A stretch of DNA of 64,000 nt from the human T2T-CHM13v2.0 reference genome, Homo sapiens. A model generated the notes under the pieces. That model was not told the origin of the DNA. It worked only from the letters and a program-made list of their open reading frames with translations, and did no database searches. A program made the position numbers and the translations under genes. Position 1 is the stretch's first letter. Each line of letters begins with the position of its first letter. Shown here one piece after another: positions 26,762 to 43,372 of the stretch. Location: NCBI RefSeq assembly GCF_009914755.1, contig NC_060939.1; one strand, given 5' to 3'.

Positions 26762-27778
26762 ATGGGGAAAAAACAGAGCAGAAAAACTGGAAACTCTAAA
26801 ACGCAGAGTGCCTCTCCTCCTCCAAAGGAACGCAGTTCCTCACCAGCAACAGAACAAAGCTGGATGGAGAATGACTTTGATGAGCTGAGAGAAGAAGGCT
26901 TCACACAATCAAATTACTCTGAGCTATGGGAGGACATTCAAACCAAAGGCAAAGAAGTTGAAAACTTTGAAAAAAATTTAGAAGAATGTATAACTAGAAT
27001 AACCAATACAGAGAAGTGCTTAAAGGAGCTGATGGAGCTGAAAACCAAGGCTCGAGAACTACGGGAAGAATGCAGAAGCCTCAGGAGCCGATGCGATCAA
27101 CTGGAAGAAAGGGTATCAGCAATGGAAGATGAAATGAATGAAATGAAGTGAGAAGGGAAGTTTAGAGAAAAAAGAATAAAAAGAAATGAGCAAAGCCTCC
27201 AAGAAATATGGGACTATGTGAAAAGACCAAATCTACGTCTGATTGGTGTACCTGAAAGTGATGGGGAGAATGGAACCAAGTTGGAAAACACTCTGCAGGA
27301 TATTATCCAGGAGAACTTCCCCAATCTAGCAAGGCAGGCCAACGTTCAGATTCAGGAAATACAGAGAACGCCACAAAGATACTCCTCGAGAAGAGCAACT
27401 CCAAGACACATAATTGTCAGATTCACCAAAGTTGAAATGAAGGAAAAAATGTTAAGGGCAGCCAGAGAGAAAGGTCGGGTTACCCTCAAAGGGAAGCCCA
27501 TCAGACTAACAGCGGATCTCTCGGCAGAAACCCTACAAGCCAGAAGAGAGTGGGGGCCAATATTCAACATTCTTAAAGAAAAGAATTTTCAACCCAGAAT
27601 TTCATATCCAGCCAAACTAAGCTTCATAAGTGAAGGAGAAATAAAATACTTTACAGACAAGCAAATGCTGAGAGATTTTGTCACCACCAGGCCTGCCCTA
27701 AAAGAGCTCCTGAAGGAAGCACTAAACATGGAAAGGAACAACCAGTACCAGCCGCTGCAAAATCATGCCAAAATGTAA
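26762..27778 (+). pseudogene. L1 ORF1p, nonsense-disrupted
   Basis: MGKKQSRKTGNSK...NHAKM over the canonical 1017-nt span; CGA>TGA stop at codon 130 (27149-27151). Confidence 0.95.
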
Positions 27779-27841
27779 AGACCATCGAGACTAGGAAGAA
27801 ACTGCATCAACTAACGAGCAAAATCACCAGCTAACATCATA

Positions 27842-31663
<3,822 letters not shown>

Positions 31664-32299
31664 ACAATGAGATCACATGGACACAGGAAGGGGAATATCA
31701 CACTCTGGGGACTGTGGTGGGGTGGTGGGAGGGGGGAGGGATAGCATTGGGAGATATACCTAATGCTAGATGACGAGTTGGTGGGTGCAGCGCACCGGCA
31801 TGGCACATGTATACATATGTAACTAACCTGCACAATGTGCACATGAACCCTAAAACTTAAATTTAAAAAAAAAAAAAAAAGACATGTAATGCCTAGCAGT
31901 GACAGCAGAAGAGAAGTGAAAAAAAGAGTTTCTTTCTTCCGTTCAGCAAATATTTACCAAGTGCCAAAATGCCCAAAGTGGTGCACTAGGCACTGTGTGT
32001 GTGGGATGGGATGGACTGGGGAGACATCGCCAATGAATTCATAAGGCTCTTGTCCTCAGGGAACTCACCATCTGATAGAGGGGCACAGACCTTCTCTCCA
32101 ATGCCTAGGACAATCATGGGGTGGAAGGTGCTCAAATTGAATCAAAAAAGACCAAAGTGACCCAGAGCTCACTTTTATGTCTTACACCAGCCAGCCCACA
32201 AGAGGAAGTGAATTTCAGAAGTGAATTCCAAACACAAAGATATGTATAAATGATATGGCATGGGAATTGCTGGTGTTTTAACTTTATTTTCCCTGACTG

Positions 32300-32800
32300 T
32301 TCGACATAGAATTGTGTTTGAGTTTGTTCAGTTCTGGCTGTAAATAGCATCTGTCAACCGCGTAACTTTTAGTATCATCAGTGACAGACCTGTAGCATCA
32401 GGCTAGAGTGCGTGCGGCTGTGGCAGCGTCTTCCAGTCCTCTGGGCTCTAAGTCTCTGCTCTGCCCATTCTGGTTGCTCTCTACGGCTGGTGCCAAATGG
32501 TTCCCGTCGCTTGGCAACAGACAGCCTGCAGTGATCTGGGTCTCGTGTCTGAGGCTGAACTAGGGACCACCCTGAATCATCTAGGGAGAGAATACAAGAA
32601 CGGAGGGACTGCCCCTCACCCCAGCTTTCCTGTGGTTAACCAAACCCCTAGCTGTGTTTCCGCAACTAGCAACACCCGCTGCATTTGTCATCACAGCTGC
32701 ACACGTGCCGCCGCCTTTGACAAAGACATGGTATCTGTAGCATACTTTCTGGGAAATGCTGTCTGAAGGTGCTGCATCACTGACACTTGCCGTCCAACTT
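32300..32800. promoter_or_regulatory. candidate enhancer (CpG-retaining, non-repeat)
   Basis: about 17 CpGs in 500 bp; RFX-like gtcgcttggcaac at 32506-32518, cacgtg at 32702-32707, ttctgggaa at 32747-32755. Confidence 0.4.
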
Positions 32801-34489
32801 GAATTGTGTAAGAAGTATTAGGCATTTTAGAAGCTCATGCAGAGACTCTGGGCTTTCTCATAAGCTAACATAAGCAGAAAAATCTACCTGCTCAGGCTCT
32901 TTTCTAAGCCAAGGATGCCAGAATTCCAACCAATTTCTGCTTTGGCCAAAGAGTATCTCAATTGCATGCTGACAAGAGCTTCAGCACAGCTACCCATCTT
33001 CATTTTCAAAACGTAGGTGCATCTAGCTCAGAAGGATAGGGTCCTGGAGACCCAGGAGAGAAAAGACAGATCCTCTGAATGTCAGAATAGGACCTTTTTC
33101 CCTGTCCTTGTGCTGTCAGCCTGACTCTCTGAGCCACAGCTCCAAGAACAGCCCTGGGGTTATAGAGGTGCAGGGCTTCTAGATAAGAAGCCAGAACAGA
33201 CAGTCCCCTCTGTGTCATTTGTCGTTACACAATATCCTAACCTCACGCCTCTAGGGGGGCAGCCCAGCAAAGCCAGCAATAGCCAGAGACTGCTGGCTCT
33301 TTCTGAGCCACTCATGGTTTCAAGGTGTCCCAGATTTTAAGAGGCTGAATTTTCTTTATGCTTCCTGAGTGCTTCTATCTCTCCACTTTAACATTGACAT
33401 ATGCATGTATTGCAGTAATATTATTTATTCAAATCTACCATGTTCTGGGCACTGGAACAGTGCCTGGAACTGTTGCTGGAACTGTTACAGTGCCTGGAAC
33501 TTCTTAGAGTATTATGTATTCAAAGTAATATCATTTATTCAACAAACAATATTATATAACTCCTTCTAGGGCTTACATTCTAATGGGGGAGCACACGATA
33601 AACAAATAATAAATGACAGTAAAATAAAACAAATAATCACATATGAAGAGGTCCTCTGTGCAGGATGTGAGGACCAACGTTTGAGCACTGGCTCTGACAT
33701 AGAGTATGTGGAACCCTTATTCGCTCATGCAATCCCCAGGGAAATCCTCTTAGGAGGTACTATTAAGCTTCACTTGACAAATAGGAAAACTGAAGTCCAG
33801 ACTACACAGCCTAAAAATAGTAGAACACAAATTTGAACCTGGGTCTGATGCCCAAGATCCATTATCATTCCACTTCACCATCTCTCCCCCTGAAGCAAGG
33901 TCAAGAGACAAGGAGAAGGAAGGCCAGGACTTTGAGCCTTTCCACCTCATGCAAGAGTGTCCTCTGAGCCTCCACTGCTCAACTCAAGCACGTGTTTTTA
34001 AACATTCCAAAGCACTCCCAGTTGCAAAGGAGATGTTGTAGGATGTTAGGTCTCAGCACAAGGAACCCAAACCTTCAGGGGCTCTCCTCTACATTATGCT
34101 CCCATTTTTCTCCCAAAATATCGATCTCCACCCACCCTAGACATAGAACTGGAGAATAAGTTCCAGTTTCATCCCTTTGCAGATCTTAGGGGGACCCATC
34201 AAATTCCCAGCCACTGGGTGAAAATCAGCAGCTTCTTTATAGGACCTGAGTTGCCTTCCTAGAGGATCCTAGAGGAAAAAAAAAAATCTTATCCTTCAAA
34301 TACTGCTGTCTTCCAAAATACGTAAGGACGCCACGGTGAATCATAGTGGACACCCTGCATTGGTTGGGTTATTATTTATCCTAGAAGCTTGGGTTCTTGG
34401 AGCCCTAGCTTATTTAAGCAACAAAGTCCCTCACAGCCCACAGGTGAGGAAGTGAGTGTAACAAAGAGATCATTGGACCTAAAATCAAA

Positions 34490-34670
34490 ACACCTGTCAA
34501 ATCCCGGTTCTGCCACTTACTAGTTATGATCTTGAGCCAGAGACTTAATTTCTTTGAGCCTCAGATTCCTTTCTGTAAAATAAACAGTTGTGTGACTTAC
34601 CTTACAAGGATCATTGTAAAAGGAAAGAAGACCTATGTAAGATTCTGTGTTGAAAGAGCTCAGTACATAA
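34490..34670 (+). mobile_element. MIR SINE relic
   Basis: tcaaatcccggttctgccacttactagttatgatcttgagcc...ctttgagcctcagattcctttctgtaaaat. Confidence 0.7.
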
Positions 34671-35739
34671 TCATGTATTTTAAAAATTAGATGTGGCTTT
34701 AATTTTTAAATTTTTCTCATTAAATTTGACAGCAAATTATGTTACTTGGCTATGAATTTAAACCTTGCTTACGTCTCTTATTTCTGGGAAAAAACAAAAA
34801 ACACCTGCAAGGTTATCCCACTGCTGATTCCTGAGGGGAGGTCCCTCAAGGGCACATAAGGTGACAACTCCTCCAGCATGGACAACAGCCACCCAGAGAT
34901 GCCAGGGAAGAATAGAGGGAACTCTCTTCTTTTTCCAACTTTCCACGTAATTTGTAATTGTTGTTTAAACTCTCAATCCTCCTGGTGATATGATAGGCTC
35001 AACTTTCCAAGATACTGAAGTTGAAAGAGTTTAAAAAAAAAAAAAAAAAGGTATAACCAGGAAAGTTAGCTTTAATAATCTCCATTCCAGACATTTTAAC
35101 CCACTTGAAAGGGGTAATACTTACCCCCCAAAACCTAAAGGGTGACTGTTTTGAGCATGAGGTGTGGGGAATAGAGATTAGCGTGAGAGGGAGGAAAGTG
35201 TTAAAATAGAAAGAGGCAGAGAGGAAATGAAATAACCTTCCTACCTCTTATCCTTGAGTGCTTTCAAGAGCCTGTCTGGGGCCAGGAGCCCCAGGAAACA
35301 CCAAGGCTGTTTCTTGCCTTCACCTTTGGGCTGTTTTTTACTGCCATTCATTAAGAAAATCTTTTCCATCAGCCTTATCATCCTTTTCTTGGCTCTTGGT
35401 CAGGTTGAGTCAGACGTGGAACATTTACTTTCACAAAGACTAACCAATCTTTTGTCTAGACGCAGATGTCTTCCACCAAAGCTTGTTGATCAGGGTCATG
35501 AAAGAGGCTGGTAAACACGTAGGCCCTTTTGTGTAACTGAACACTGTGGGGGGAAGACTGAGGACAGAGGAAATGGAGAAAATGGGGGGAGCTAGGAATT
35601 TGTTGATAGCATATAAAAGTGGGCAACTGAAAGCACTGTGAACTCTCTTTGTTTGAAAAGTCTAAGGGGACTAGTTTGTAGTATCCCTAAAAAGGTTTGC
35701 AGATCAAGAGTGGAACTGGGTTTCAAAGGCCCCAGGGCC

Positions 35740-36245
35740 TTTTCTTGTCCTGTTGCCTCTGCCTGGACCATTTTCTGTCCTTCCTCTCTACTTCCTCTTC
35801 CCGGGCCAACTTTTATTCCCTCTCCCAGTCTTTTGCTAACAGCCACTTCCTCAGGAAAGCTTTCCCCAGCCCCTGCGGCTAGGGCAGGTTGCCCCATTAC
35901 CCACTCTCATCACACCCTGCACTTTGCCAGTGCAGCTGTCTTCAGTACTATAATTAAATAATGATGTGTGCACAGCTATTTGGACAATGACTACCCATAT
36001 TCATTAGTCGTTGGGCATTTTGTAAATTATCTTATAATTGAGCTAATTGTAATCTTTAAGCAGTAATATTACACAACAAAAACGTGTATAATTATTATTA
36101 AACTAATAATGTTGTCTCTCTGGCTAGATATTAAACTCCTTGAGGGCAGGGACTGCTTGGACCTGTATGTAATGGGGTGCCCAGTGCCTGATACTGTGCC
36201 TAACACATAGGTGGAGGTCAAAATATATGTTGAATAAATCAATGT
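35740..36245 (+). mobile_element. L2 LINE 3' end relic
   Basis: cacttcctcaggaaagctttccc...taaactccttgagggcagggactg...cccagtgcctgatactgtgcctaacacatag...tatgttgaataaat. Confidence 0.65.
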
Positions 36246-36578
36246 ATGAGTTTGTCCATGAGGGCAATAAAGGGGAAAACGTAAGGGGAAAAGCATCCAG
36301 AGAATAGTTCCCACTGGTTTAGGCTAGACAAGCAATGTACCAATGTTTTGGTTGCCCCAGAGTCCCTAGTACGGAGCTATTTCCTACATCATTCACCATC
36401 CTGAGCACAGAGACCTTCTGAAGTCTTATTCCATTGTTGCCTTTAACAGCAAAGAAAAAAGAAACTTGGAAGCCAGCTCCCTGGATGTACTGTATATCTT
36501 TTGAAAACAAAAAGTGGTCTTTGGTCATTTCAGAGAAATTTTAAATTCATGGTAATATGAAAAAGAACTCATTGTTTA

Positions 36579-36928
<350 letters not shown>

Positions 36929-39900
36929 TATTTTCAAGGAGTGAATTAGACTATAGTTTTGGAAGTCTGATTCATCCTTCATGTAGTGTATGTTATGTTG
37001 CATTAGCCATCTTTCCATGAAGTTCCATCACTAGATAAATGAAATTGAGCATGTCTCTGCATAGGTTTGGTCCTTCAGAGGTATTGTTGATTCTACAAAA
37101 GCAGAGACAGTCTCATGCCTATCTTTTGTAAATCCAGGACACTATGGTGTCTTGGGCACAGAATAATCACTGATGAGATGAATAGGTGCACCAAGTCAAG
37201 AGGTCCTTGAAAGGTCCCCCATTAAACCTATGTTATCCCCCCATTAGTTTACCTCACAAAGCATGATTCCATTCTTAGGGGAAAGTTTCACAAAATGGCT
37301 CTCATATCTCCCTCTCTGTAGACTCCTAACTTATTGCAGCCTGGTTTCTCCTGGCCTTCATCCCATGATGTGTACCAGCTCAGTGTGTCTCCTTCCTGCT
37401 CTCTCCTGCTCAGCCCTCTCCCAATCCTCCCTCTATCTTTTTGATCTTCAAAGGAGTCAGACAAGGAGCACATCCCCCTCCAGGCAGTATTCTCTGCCAG
37501 TCTTTTCAGATGACTGTATTTTCCTGGTCACAAAACGTCCCCAGTGTCCAACATCTTCTTGAGTAAGCATCTACATAAAGGAAGCAAGTCATTTCATGTG
37601 TGCACTTCCATTAATAGATTCTCAGGATCAGCACCCCAGGGATCTTTTACAAGCTCAGTGGAAGTATTAATAGCATCCTACATTAAAAGATACTTTTTAA
37701 AAAGTCTGTTAATTTAGTCAACATTCTTAGCCTATACATCAATGTCAAAGCAATGGGATAGCCAAGATCCTTGAGCACTGGTGGCCTTAATGTGCTGCTA
37801 GTGCGATGGTGATGTTCTTAAATTTGTAATATGTCTTCACTTAATTGTAGCTTGATTTCTTTTGAATGAGCTTATTTATTTTAAGACCTGGGTCTGTGCT
37901 TTGTACTGTTCATTTTCATATATAAAAAGAAAGGTGAGACAGCACAGGCCAGTGTCTATAATCATTTGAAGTTATAGTCCAAAGGTCAAGAATTATGGAA
38001 GGAATTTTAAAGAAAATCCATAAAATTGGGCAAATAGGGACCAGATACAATGAATAAAGTTCTCTCAGAGTACCATTGCTGCCTTTTTGAGCAAACATAA
38101 GTGCACCTACCTCTGAAAACTGGCTTCTTGTGAATTAAGCTAGCAGGTCATCGGCCACTCAACACAGCGGCCGATGACTTGGTAGCTACAACACTGTGCT
38201 CTGAAAGACTGAGAATGAAGATGAAAAGAAAGCATGCCACCCTGTTAATAGTCTATGGTAAGAGGAGCTGTCAGCATTGCAGCATTAGGAAGAAGGATTA
38301 GTCTTTCCATTATTCAACACAACTCATCTTTTTTGTGCCAACAATGTGTTCAGCACTGTGGAAAACACCCAAAGAGTCTGTCCTCAAGTATGATCACGTT
38401 GAATGTACAAAGGGAACTGGCAAAGTTCCTAAAACCTGGCCTCTTGCCTCTGGAGGACGTTGTGTGTAGTATCGTTTCTCACACCCTACAACTAAGTAAG
38501 GTCAAAAGAGAACAGGTGGCTCTTACATAGCTGACCTTCAATGTCCATTCTGTAGGCATCACCCCATTATCAGGAGTAGGTACTGTCCTTCACTCTTGTT
38601 CTGTGTCTAGCAGCCAGGCACCACCCAGCTAAACCAGACCACATGCTCAGTTTCTCCAACAGCTCAGTCTCCCAACTGATTCCTAGGATGAATGAATGTA
38701 CAGATGAAAGGCCTAAAGAGCCTGGTGCATAAGAGGTCACAGCAAACGTGAGTGTGCCTTCCCTGCCTTCAGTACATCCAGCAGGCACTCTCTCTGCCCT
38801 CCCTCAGTTGGACATGCAGCCTCAGATGCTGAGTCTCAACTTCCCTTCCTCAGGGGAGCTGCTATAGAGCAATAGGCTAGCTTGCCTTTGTTCTGCATCC
38901 CACACAAGCAGAGAAGCCAATAGACAGGCATGGAGGAAGTTGGGGAAGAGCAGGAAACATCACTTGTGCACTTTCATCAGACACTGGTGTAGCCGTTTTG
39001 TAGATATGAATGCATTTAATCTTCAGAAGGATCAGAAGCAGGGTGTTTTGCACATGAAGAGACTGAGATTTAGAGAAATCAAATAAGGTTTTTAAGTTCA
39101 CACAGCTAGAATGTAAGGGAAGATTTTAGCCTAAGACTTTCTGATTTCAAGGTCTTTGTTTTCTCCCATGAAATTTCCTGAGAAAATAATACCAGGGCTC
39201 AGAAGACTTCTAACCTGGCTTCCAAACTCAAGAGACCTGGAAAAGAACCAAATTGGAAGAGCATGATGGTTGTTGATTCAAAATTTCTCCGAGGCATTCT
39301 GACTGGCCACCAACATGTCACCACAAACTTCGAGGCTCCAGAAACTAATTTGAAATTCCAAAAGAAAACATTGCCCTAAAAATATGCTAGTGACACAAAG
39401 ACAAAATAAAAATAAATCTCTTTTCTGTGCATATTTTAAGTAAAGTCTTTTTTCCTTTAGCATTGAGTGCGTATGCCTGTGCGGGTATGAGAGGGAGAAT
39501 GAAAGCAAGAGAGAGAGTTGAGAGGGACTTTAAAATGTCAACATTCTTGGTAGTGTTGGGAACCCAAACACAACAGTCTTAGGTCAGTGCCTGAGAACTA
39601 GTAAGGCAAACCAACTAGACAATAACCATAAACATGGTCCCTTTTAAAATTGATGTTGCTCGTGTCTCTGGGAGAAGAAAAAACAAAGTCAAACAAAAAC
39701 TATGGCTTGGCAACACTTCCAACTTTTAAGAGGGTTAAACAAACAAGAGTTTGGGTCAGAGAAAGCAGTGGTCATTTTCAGAGATTTGGGATCAGCAAGA
39801 CACATTTTGAAATATTTTGACAGAGCTCGGGAAGGACTGGAAGCTTCCAAATGAAGTAGTAAAAGATCATTTACCTTGCCCTAGTTAATTCTGTAGGAAC

Positions 39901-41655
39901 AGAAACATTAAAAAAAATTATTCCTCTTTATTGGTTAACAAAAAAGCCAATTATCAGAGGTAGGTAGCTAGAGTTTTGAAGTAAGAGTCTTGTGCCTCTG
40001 CTCAAAAGATGCCACTGGTTAGCCTCCCGTGTCGATAGGGCGGGTCCCTGCTGAGTGGGCTGACCCCCAAGATCAGATCAGAGAGCATCGTCTTACCAGG
40101 GCCTGGGACTCAGAGCCACAGAGGGGCCGTTGAGAAGCTGTCCAAAGGCAACTTATGTTCCCTCATGGACTTGGCAAGCTCCAAAGGTCATATCTCAGCT
40201 TGACCTAAGACTACAGCTTCCTCCATGAACTCTAATTCCCCTTTCCTTGACTCCCTCCCACCACGGACTGCAAACAGCCCAGTTCAGTCTCCCACATCAA
40301 AGAATTCCTTTTATTAAAGCAGTAAGGCTATTCCTTTGGGTCCCTCTACCATATATGGCTTAAGAGAGGAAAGGCGGGAAGGAAAGCACCTCGAATATTT
40401 GCTGTTAACTTTCAAAGGGCACCCTGTTTGCAGAGGGGTTATCTTGTGTCCACACCCTTTGTTTTCCCTGGGCCTGAAACAGGAGTTTGATGAAGTGAGC
40501 CTGGATCCCTTTGACTACCACAGAGATGCTTTTCTGAGGGCACCTGTGATAAAATTAATTTTTAAAAAAAAAAATCATGTGCTTCCAGGTCACATCTGAA
40601 AGAAAGAGGACACCTGGAAAAGTCTTAACCATTTTGGATGGAATGAGGGACCACAGTTGCGTATGTTCTTTTTAGCTACTGATAAATAACAGCAGAGGAA
40701 ACCACCAGGGTTGTTCTGCATTGGGATGCTGATCTATGCAAACAAGATTTCAAAACAAAAACGGGAGCCTCCTTTCTCTAAGGAAGCTCCTGGATTTCCC
40801 ATTCTTTTTCCTCTCCAGCCTATATGGCATGAGCACATAGAGAGTACTCAGTGAAGACTTCTTGAATTTAAAGGAATTAAAATCAAAGCATGGGCACAAG
40901 TTGCCAAGAGGAAAACAAACATCTCATTCCTTATTCCAAAACCACAGGGACACTTTACTACAAAAGTACCTTAGAAGCACGTACATAAATCCTCCAGTAT
41001 ATGACATGGTTCTCCGTTTTGCTAAATTCTTCATGGGTGTGCCTCTTTCCTGTCAGGATTTCCTACATATAAAAGAAAGCACAAAAATTCCCAATCATCT
41101 CTGGTTCTTCCCTTGTGGGGAAAAGGGCCAAGACATAATCCTTGATTTCCCACTTTGGAAGGCGTATACTAAAATTTTAACTCTGAAAGCAAAGAAGACA
41201 CACAGAAATCACTGAACCCTTTTCCATCCCCAGTATCTTCTGGTTGACTCTTGGAAGTAATATTAAAGATAAAAGAATCCAGATCTGAAAATTCAGGTTT
41301 GTTGTCTTGAGTCAATCTACTTTCCTCCAAAATATTTCCAAAACACCTAGGAGCCTAGACTCCTGACCCAAGTTTCTGCCTTTCCCTTGCTGGTTTATCA
41401 ACGAGTGTTTATATCATGCAGTCAGTGTGAGGAGATGGGCTGTCAGAGACAGCTCTTCTAATTTGCAAATAGTAAGATAGTTGCTGTCCAAGCAAAGAGC
41501 CAAACAAAATGCTCACATATTTTAAATAAGATTATTATTAATGCAATTGTCAAAATATTTCTGACTCAAGACAAGCAGAATTTTTTTTTAAAACCCTTTA
41601 AATGACCTTGTATACAACTTCCTTAAAAAGTGAATAATTTAAAAGGGCCCTAAAT

Positions 41656-41849
41656 CAGGGGTCAGCAAACTACAGTCCACAGGCCAAATCCAGTCTGCTA
41701 CCTGTTTTTGTAAGCAAAGTTTCACTAGAATATAGTCTATGATGGCTTTCACTCTACAATGGCAGAGCTGAGTGTTTGCAACAGAGACTATACTGCCCAC
41801 ACAAGGCCTAACGCATTGACTAGCTGGCTATTTAGTTTCCCAACCCCTG
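41656..41849 (+). mobile_element. MER58A (hAT-Charlie) MITE
   Basis: caggggtcagcaaac...tttcccaacccctg TIRs; perfect 8-bp TSD ccctaaat at 41648-41655 and 41850-41857. Confidence 0.9.
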
Positions 41850-42043
41850 CCCTAAATTATTTCACACGCTTATTTTCAAACAAGTGGTCTCTAACTGTTT
41901 ATCTCTACCTAATATATCTCATGCCAGGAAAGTATCCAAAATTACAACTTCTCTTTATAGAAACAAGAGAGAACACTTCATCTTCATACTCAAGGAAAAG
42001 AGTTTATTGCCAATTCTAAAATCAACACACAGAACACAGTTTT

Positions 42044-42696
42044 TCTTTAAGTTCGGGATATATGTGCAGAACGTGCAGTTTTGTTACATAGGTATATGTG
42101 TGCCATGGTGGTTTGCTGCATCTATCAACCCGTCATCTAGGTTCTAAGCCCCGTATGCTTTAGGTATTTGTCCTAATGCTCACCCTCTCCTTGCCTCCCA
42201 CCCCCTGACAGGCCCCAATGTGTGATGTTCCCCTCCCTCTGTCCATGTGTTCTCATTGTTCAATTCCCACTTATGAGTGAGAACATGTGGTGTTTGGTTT
42301 TCTGTTCCTGTGTTAGTTTGCTGAGAATGATGGTTTCTAGCTTCATCCACGTCGCTGCAAAGGACATGTTCTCATCCTTTTTTATGGCTGCATAGTATTC
42401 CATGGTGTATATGTGCCACATTTTCTTTATCCAGTCTATTGTTGAGCATTTGGGTTGGTTCTAAGTATTTGCTATTGTAAATAGTGCTGCAGTAAACATA
42501 TGTGTGCATGTGTCTTTATAGCAGAATGATTTATAGTCCTTTGGGTATATACCCAGTAATGAAATTGCTGGGTCAAATGGTATTTCTGGTACTGCGAGTC
42601 AAATGGTATTTCTGGTTCTAGATCCTTGAGGAATCGCCACACTGTCTTCCACAATGGTTGAACTAATTTACACTCCCACCAACAGTGTAAAAGCAT
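42044..42696 (-). mobile_element. 5'-truncated L1PA8-like LINE-1
   Basis: L1PA 3' UTR (gtgccatggtggtttgctgcatctatcaacccgtcatctagg); 15-bp TSD acagaacacagtttt at 42029-42043 and 42697-42711. Confidence 0.9.
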
Positions 42697-43039
42697 ACAG
42701 AACACAGTTTTAAAGGACAGCTATATTTCTCAAAATGTTTGCTCAGAAAGGAGAGTGAGCTTTCTCCTGCTAACGTATGCTATGTTAGGTAAGACTTGGA
42801 GGGAGCTCAGAAGTAGAAAACTTACATGGAAAGTCTATCAATGTAAACTGTAAAAGGGGTCGCTGGACACAGGTGTGATGAGGTGACAAAGTGTCTGAAG
42901 CAGTAGAGTGAAGCTAGACAACTGCCTTCACTGATTCCCTTTGGCAGAACAGGAGCTGCTGCACCACTCATATGTCACATCTCATGGACACTCATCAGGA
43001 TCAAGATGAACGGCGAGAACAGATCCCAAACCCCAGAGA

Positions 43040-43372
43040 CTAAGCATAAACAGGGCTGATATGGAAGCCTCTCCGTGTCAAGACCCAGGCCCCTTCCATC
43101 TTATTGTTCTGGCATCTTCAGTTTGTTGTCCTTTCACATGGCCCAAGAAGGCCCCAGCATGTCTGCACTCAGTTCAGAGGGACAGGAGGGGTGGGGCAGG
43201 GAAGAGGCAGCACAGACCAGAACTGAGTCACTTGGGCAATTGGGCATGAGGAGCTGCAGAAGAGGCTGACAAATGTCGTCTTTTATTGTAGGAAGCCGTG
43301 GCCCCAGAAAAAATTCAAGCATCCTGGTGCTTGAAGGACTGGTACCAGGAGACGACTAGCATCCTCTACTAC
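43040..43372 (-). mobile_element. MLT1-family MaLR LTR relic
   Basis: tcaagacccaggccccttccatcttattgttctggcatc...atggcccaagaaggccccagc...gagacgactagcatcctctactaca. Confidence 0.5.

Noticed and set aside
33248-33263. CTCF-like cctctaggggggcagc
   Set aside because: An extra G breaks the core spacing; not supportable without ChIP data
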